In this document: positions 59,685 through 64,000 of the stretch, piece by piece
Numbering within the stretch: position 1 is the stretch's first letter
Layout of the letters: each line of letters opens with the position of its first letter
Source of the DNA: Deltaproteobacteria bacterium
GTDB taxonomy: Bacteria; Myxococcota_A; UBA9160; UBA6930
Assembly: GCA_029261815.1 (NCBI GenBank)
Contig: JAJDAQ010000061.1
Location: 23,965 to 87,964, forward strand
Direction: 5' to 3'
Length of the DNA: 64,000 nt
The notes under the pieces: generated by a model
What the model saw: the letters and a program-made list of their open reading frames with translations, nothing else
What the model was told of the DNA's origin: nothing
Databases searched by the model: none
Position numbers and translations under genes: made by a program

Positions 59685-61331
59685 CTAGACGTAGATCCCG
59701 CCCGAGTACTCGCGGTCCTGGCGGATCTCGACGTTGATGAGCGACGGCAGTCCACTCTCGACGGCGCGTTCCAGCGCCGGGCGGAGCTGATCGGGCTCGG
59801 TCACGTGCTCGCCGTGCCCGCCAAGGGCTTCGACGACCTTGTCATAACGCGTGCGGTTCAGAAGCACAGCGGCGAGGCGATCCTTGCCGTAGATACCGAG
59901 CTGCGGACGCATCATCTGCCCCCAAGCTCCGTCGTTCCCGACGATGCCGATGATGGGCAGGTTGAAGCGCACCGCAGTGTCGAACTCCATTCCGTTGAAG
60001 CCGAATGAGCCGTCGCCGTACATGATGACGACTGAGCGATCCGGGTGCGCGAGCTTGGCTGCGAGCGCGAACGGCATGCCGACACCGAGCGTTCCGAGCG
60101 GACCCGGGTCCATCCAGGCCCCTTCACCGCGCACGGGAAGGATCTTGGCCGCAGTGGCAACGATGTCGCCGCCGTCGCCGATCACGATGGGCTCGTTCTG
60201 GGTCTCGAGCCAGTCCCGGACCTCACGACACATCCGCTGCGGGTCGATCGGGACTTCGTCGCTGTTCAGGCTCGCTTCGACCTTCGCCTCTTCGGCGTTC
60301 TCGATCTCACGCAGCTGGTCGCGCCAGCTCGAGAAGTCGAGGGTCACTCCCTGGTTCTTCATCTCCTCCTGGAGCATTTCGAACGAGCAAGCGAGATTGC
60401 CCACGATCGGCACGTCGGTCTGCCGGTTCTGGCCGATCAACGTGTTGTCCATGTCGAGCTGGATGATCTTCGCGTCGGCCGGGATCGAGGCACCGAAGCG
60501 AAGGCGGAAGTCGAGCAGCGTTCCCGCCAGCAGGATCACGTCGACCTGCTTCATGGCATCACGGCGCGAGCGGTTCAGGAACTCGGGCGAATCCCACGGC
60601 ACCGAGCCGCGGCCCATGCCGTTGCAGTAGGTGGGCAGGTGGGTTTCGGAGATGAACTTGTTCATCTCCTCGCTTGCGTACGACCACTTGACCGAGGTGC
60701 CGGCCATCATCATCGGGCGCTCGGCCGTCTGGAGGATCTCGATCGCGTTGCGCACTTCGGCGCGGTCGGGCGAGATGCGCGGGGCCACCGTGCGGATCTT
60801 CGGAACCGGCGACTCTTCCCACTCGGCCTGCCCCATGAAGACGTCCATGGGAATCTCGAGGTAGGCGGGGCCGGGGATGCCCGAAATCGCGTGACGCACG
60901 GCGAGTTCCACATACTCGGGAATGCGCTTGGTCTGGTAGATCGCGTCGCAGTACTTCGTGATCGGGCGGACCACACCGAGGTGGTCCATTTCCTGGAGCG
61001 AACCGCGTCGCAGGTTCTCGAATGGGCCCTGGCCACCGAAGACCAGGATGGGCGAGTTCGCGCGCCAGGCGTTCGCGATGCCCGTGACGCCGTCGGTCAC
61101 ACCCGGGCCGGCCGTAATCGCAGCGACGCCGATGGAACCCGGGTTGCAGCGGGCCCAACTGTCGGCCGCGTGGACGGCGGCTTGTTCGTGACGGACATCG
61201 ACGATCTTGATGCCTTCGTCGATGCAGCCGTCATACAGCGGCATGATGTGGCCGCCGGACAGGGTGAAGATGACTTCGACGCCGGCTTCCTTGAGTGCGC
61301 GTGCCGCGAGTTGTCCGCCGTGTGCGGGCAT
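59685..61331 (-). CDS. ThDP-dependent enzyme (acetolactate synthase-like/2-hydroxyacyl-CoA lyase family)
   Basis: VRHEQAA, GPGVT, GTLGVG, GDGSFGFN..GND. Confidence 0.88.
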   Translation of the reverse strand: MPAHGGQLAARALKEAGVEVIFTLSGGHIMPLYDGCIDEGIKIVDVRHEQAAVHAADSWARCNPGSIGVAAITAGPGVTDGVTGIANAWRANSPILVFGGQGPFENLRRGSLQEMDHLGVVRPITKYCDAIYQTKRIPEYVELAVRHAISGIPGPAYLEIPMDVFMGQAEWEESPVPKIRTVAPRISPDRAEVRNAIEILQTAERPMMMAGTSVKWSYASEEMNKFISETHLPTYCNGMGRGSVPWDSPEFLNRSRRDAMKQVDVILLAGTLLDFRLRFGASIPADAKIIQLDMDNTLIGQNRQTDVPIVGNLACSFEMLQEEMKNQGVTLDFSSWRDQLREIENAEEAKVEASLNSDEVPIDPQRMCREVRDWLETQNEPIVIGDGGDIVATAAKILPVRGEGAWMDPGPLGTLGVGMPFALAAKLAHPDRSVVIMYGDGSFGFNGMEFDTAVRFNLPIIGIVGNDGAWGQMMRPQLGIYGKDRLAAVLLNRTRYDKVVEALGGHGEHVTEPDQLRPALERAVESGLPSLINVEIRQDREYSGGIYV

Positions 61332-61378
61332 GGGGGAGCTCCTTCTGGATGGGCAGGCAGTGTAGCCGGCCAAACGCA

Positions 61379-61410
61379 GAAGGGCGCCGGGCCATGGCCC
61401 AGCGCCCTTC
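61379..61410 (-). terminator. Stem-loop downstream of pal
   Basis: GAAGGGCGCCGGGCC-AT-GGCCCAGCGCCCTTC. Confidence 0.55.
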
Positions 61411-61450
61411 GAAAGCGATTGGCGCCGCCTGGCGGCACCGTCGGCGCGTC

Positions 61451-61963
61451 CTAGCGGACGACCCGGAACTCGGCGCGGCGGTTCTTGCTCCACGCCGTTT
61501 CGTCATGGCCGCGTGCGGCCGGTCGGGCTTCGCCGAAGGATACGGTGTCGATCCGCGAGGATGAGATACCGCTGTCGATCAGGTACTGCTTGACCGCGCT
61601 GGCGCGGCGCTCGCCGAGGCCGAGGTTGTACTCCTCGCTACCGCGCTCGTCGCAGTGCCCCTCGACGACCACGGTGCTCCACGAGCCGCTGCGAATCGCC
61701 TCGGCGTTGGAGCGGAGCGTGGCCTTCTGGTCGGCCGTGATGGTCGCCTGGTCGTACTCGAAATAGACGGACGAAAGTTCGGGCACCGACACTTCGGGCG
61801 CGCCGCGATCTTCGACGCCGTCGTCTTTGAAGCCGCCGTTGTCGGTCTGCGTCGTATCCGGCGCCGGCGGCGGCGGATCCTCCTGGCAACCGGCGCAAGA
61901 AACGCCGAAGGCCAAGACGAACATCAGAGCAAAGGCAAGCTTGGAAACTGAGTGGAGCCGCAT
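61451..61963 (-). CDS. pal: Peptidoglycan-associated lipoprotein (OmpA-C)
   Basis: VYFEYD, EGHCDERGSEEYNLGLGERRA, NRRAEF; lipobox Cys. Confidence 0.9.
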   Translation of the reverse strand: MRLHSVSKLAFALMFVLAFGVSCAGCQEDPPPPAPDTTQTDNGGFKDDGVEDRGAPEVSVPELSSVYFEYDQATITADQKATLRSNAEAIRSGSWSTVVVEGHCDERGSEEYNLGLGERRASAVKQYLIDSGISSSRIDTVSFGEARPAARGHDETAWSKNRRAEFRVVR

Positions 61964-62025
61964 GATGGGTTGATCTCCCGGTTCTGCGTGCAGGAATGGC
62001 ACGGCAGGGTCCCCGATCCGGCGAC

Positions 62026-62054
62026 ATTGTCCCTACTCGCTTCTAAGCGTGCAA
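62026..62054 (-). promoter_or_regulatory. Sigma70-type promoter of pal
   Basis: TTGCAC-N17-GACAAT on the minus strand. Confidence 0.5.
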
Positions 62055-62148
62055 GAGAAAAGCCGAGGGATTTAGCGACCTTGAACCTCAGTCACCCCAA
62101 TAACGTGGTGTTATTCCCTCAGTCTTGGCCAATTCTGCTCGTCGAGGA

Positions 62149-62931
62149 CTACCGGCCCTGGAACCTTGGCGCGCGTTTCTCCATGAATGCGCGCACCCCT
62201 TCCTTGTAGTCATCACTGTCGAAACAGCGCTGGATGGAGTCTCGCATCTCGTCGTGGTCGCGCGCAGCCGGCTCACGAGCCAGTTCTCGCACGATGCCTT
62301 TCACACTCCGGATCGTGAGCGGTGCGTTCTCGGCAATCTGTGCCGCAATCCGCCGGACCTCAGTTTCGAGATCGGCTTTTGGAAAGACGCCGTTCAACAG
62401 GCCCATCCGGAAGGCTTCGTCCGCGCCGAAGCGGCGAGCGGTGAAGAAGATCTCCTTCGCGACGGACGGACCGACCAGGGCCTGCAGCGCCTCGATCCCG
62501 CCGGCGTGGTAGCCGAGGCCGAGACGTACTGCGGGAATGGCGAACTGGCCATCGTCGGCCGAGTACCGGAGGTCCGCCCCGAGCGCGGTGGCCATGCCAC
62601 CGCCCACACAGAAGCCGTGGATCATCGCGATCACGGGTTTTCGGATCGCGCCGATGGCGGCGAATGCCTTGCCCGTGGTCGTCTCGTAGGCGGCGGCCCC
62701 ATCGCCGGTCCGACGCTTCTCGAATTCGGAGATGTCGGCGCCGGCCACGAAGGCAACCTCTCCCGCGCCGCGGAGCAGTACGACACGGATGTCGGGATCG
62801 CGATCGAGATCCTGTGCCGCGGCCGGAATCGCCTGCCACATGGCCTCGGAGACCGCGTTCCGTCGCTCGGGTTGATCGAATACGATCCAACCCAGCGCCC
62901 CTTCCTTCTCGACCTGGATACGTCCGCCCAT
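62149..62931 (-). CDS. Enoyl-CoA hydratase/isomerase family
   Basis: FVAGADISE, CVGGG, EGVRAFMEKRAPRF. Confidence 0.93.
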   Translation of the reverse strand: MGGRIQVEKEGALGWIVFDQPERRNAVSEAMWQAIPAAAQDLDRDPDIRVVLLRGAGEVAFVAGADISEFEKRRTGDGAAAYETTTGKAFAAIGAIRKPVIAMIHGFCVGGGMATALGADLRYSADDGQFAIPAVRLGLGYHAGGIEALQALVGPSVAKEIFFTARRFGADEAFRMGLLNGVFPKADLETEVRRIAAQIAENAPLTIRSVKGIVRELAREPAARDHDEMRDSIQRCFDSDDYKEGVRAFMEKRAPRFQGR

Positions 62932-62973
62932 GGCCGACACCGTAGCGGACGGCGCGGCTCGCGAGGGGCCGCC

Positions 62974-63417
62974 TCAGGCCCCGGCGCCGGCTTCGCTGGC
63001 CGCCCAACGCATCGACTCGAGCACGGCGTCGTCAAAGACCTCGGCCTCGACGAACGTGCGGGGCGCGATGCCTTCCGCCGCCAGCGTCTTGAGGCTCGCG
63101 TCGCAGCTGTCGGGACCGAGACCTAGCATCATGGCGCGCGCATACTGGCCCGCGTCGGCCGGCTGCTCCAGATCGAGTTGAACGATCTGACAGTCGTCTC
63201 CACCTCGGCGCAATGCGAGCCGGAAGCCCACCCGGGCGTCGCTTCCGGTTCCGATGGTGGCCGCAAACGCACGCTCGATGCGCTGCCACGGCAGGACGAA
63301 GGCCCCGTCTTCCCGCTGGAACAAGAGGCCGCCTTCGGTGGGCTTGGCCAGCGCCAGCGCGTGCAGGCGTAACCGCGACGGGACGCCGCGCGTGATCCGT
63401 TCGGTTGCGATCGACAT
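62974..63417 (-). CDS. Hypothetical protein
   Basis: Open frame between ECH and ggt with globular composition; start uncertain. Confidence 0.5.
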   Translation of the reverse strand: MSIATERITRGVPSRLRLHALALAKPTEGGLLFQREDGAFVLPWQRIERAFAATIGTGSDARVGFRLALRRGGDDCQIVQLDLEQPADAGQYARAMMLGLGPDSCDASLKTLAAEGIAPRTFVEAEVFDDAVLESMRWAASEAGAGA

Positions 63418-63521
63418 GACCTTTGCTGTGTCGGTCGTTGCCGTCGATGTCTGAAGCCGCGGAGCCGACTGCAAGCAGGCCGAAGGCAACCGAGCGGCAA
63501 GCTCTCGCCTATCCTTTCTGG

Positions 63522-64000
63522 ATGCTCGCCACGCGCCGCGACCGGAGAGATGACCCGTTCCGAAGCGAGCGCTCGTGCACCCTCGCCCGGGGCGGCATGG
63601 TCTGCGCGAGCGTGCCGGTCGCCGCCGAGGCCGGGCGCGAACTCCTCGCGGCTGGCGGCAACGCCTTCGACGCAGCGATCGCGACTGCGGCCACCCTGTG
63701 CGTCGTCGAACCCTTCATGACCGGGATCGGGGGCGATGCCTTCGTCCTGGCCTGGTCGGCCCAGGAGGGGCGGCTCGTGGGGCTCAATGGCAGCGGCCGG
63801 GCGCCATCGGGGCACTCGATCGAGGCGCTGACCGCGGCCGGTCACGAGACGATTCCCGAGACCGGCATCTGGTCGGCAACGGTCCCAGGGACCGTTCACG
63901 CTTGGGCGACCCTCCACGAACGTCTGGGTCGGCGCCCGTTCGCAGAGGTTCTGGCACCCGCGATCCGGGCCTCGGAGGAGGGCTTTGCCGTCGCCGAGAT
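63522..64000 (+). CDS. ggt: Gamma-glutamyltransferase, N-terminal part (runs off window; absent from ORF track)
   Basis: Manual translation: GGMVCAS..AGGNAFDAAIATAATLCVVEPFMTGIGGDAF..TVPG. Confidence 0.92.
   Translation, partial: MLATRRDRRDDPFRSERSCTLARGGMVCASVPVAAEAGRELLAAGGNAFDAAIATAATLCVVEPFMTGIGGDAFVLAWSAQEGRLVGLNGSGRAPSGHSIEALTAAGHETIPETGIWSATVPGTVHAWATLHERLGRRPFAEVLAPAIRASEEGFAVAE

Overview
High-GC bacterial chromosomal window. Gene content (LpxL, Pal, RND efflux, CofG/CofH, DinG-exonuclease) suggests a Gram-negative, possibly Myxococcota/deltaproteobacterium-like host (inference). It is densely coding with about 62 CDS; no rRNA, tRNA, CRISPR array, transposase or prophage was seen. 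Most genes are housekeeping (sfsA, mutY, aroC, thiC with TPP riboswitch, folB, argD, map, pal, ggt). Notable items: (1) an orphan DnaA paralogue that has lost the arginine finger and has a rewritten DNA-recognition helix, behind a ~400 bp intergenic region; (2) a self-contained 9-gene type II fatty-acid/lipid operon with its own eukaryote-like single-chain acyl-CoA carboxylase, atypical ACP, PPTase and acyltransferase; (3) a sulfur-assimilation gene string (sulfite reductase, unknown-domain/rhodanese fusion, DUF4202-like, cysK) running into cofG-cofH; (4) an unannotated 181-nt element closed by a 28-bp stem just upstream of the TPP riboswitch; (5) a recurring TANNNT-N6/7-start codon pattern suggesting many leaderless mRNAs. 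All calls come from reading motifs by eye; no searches were run.
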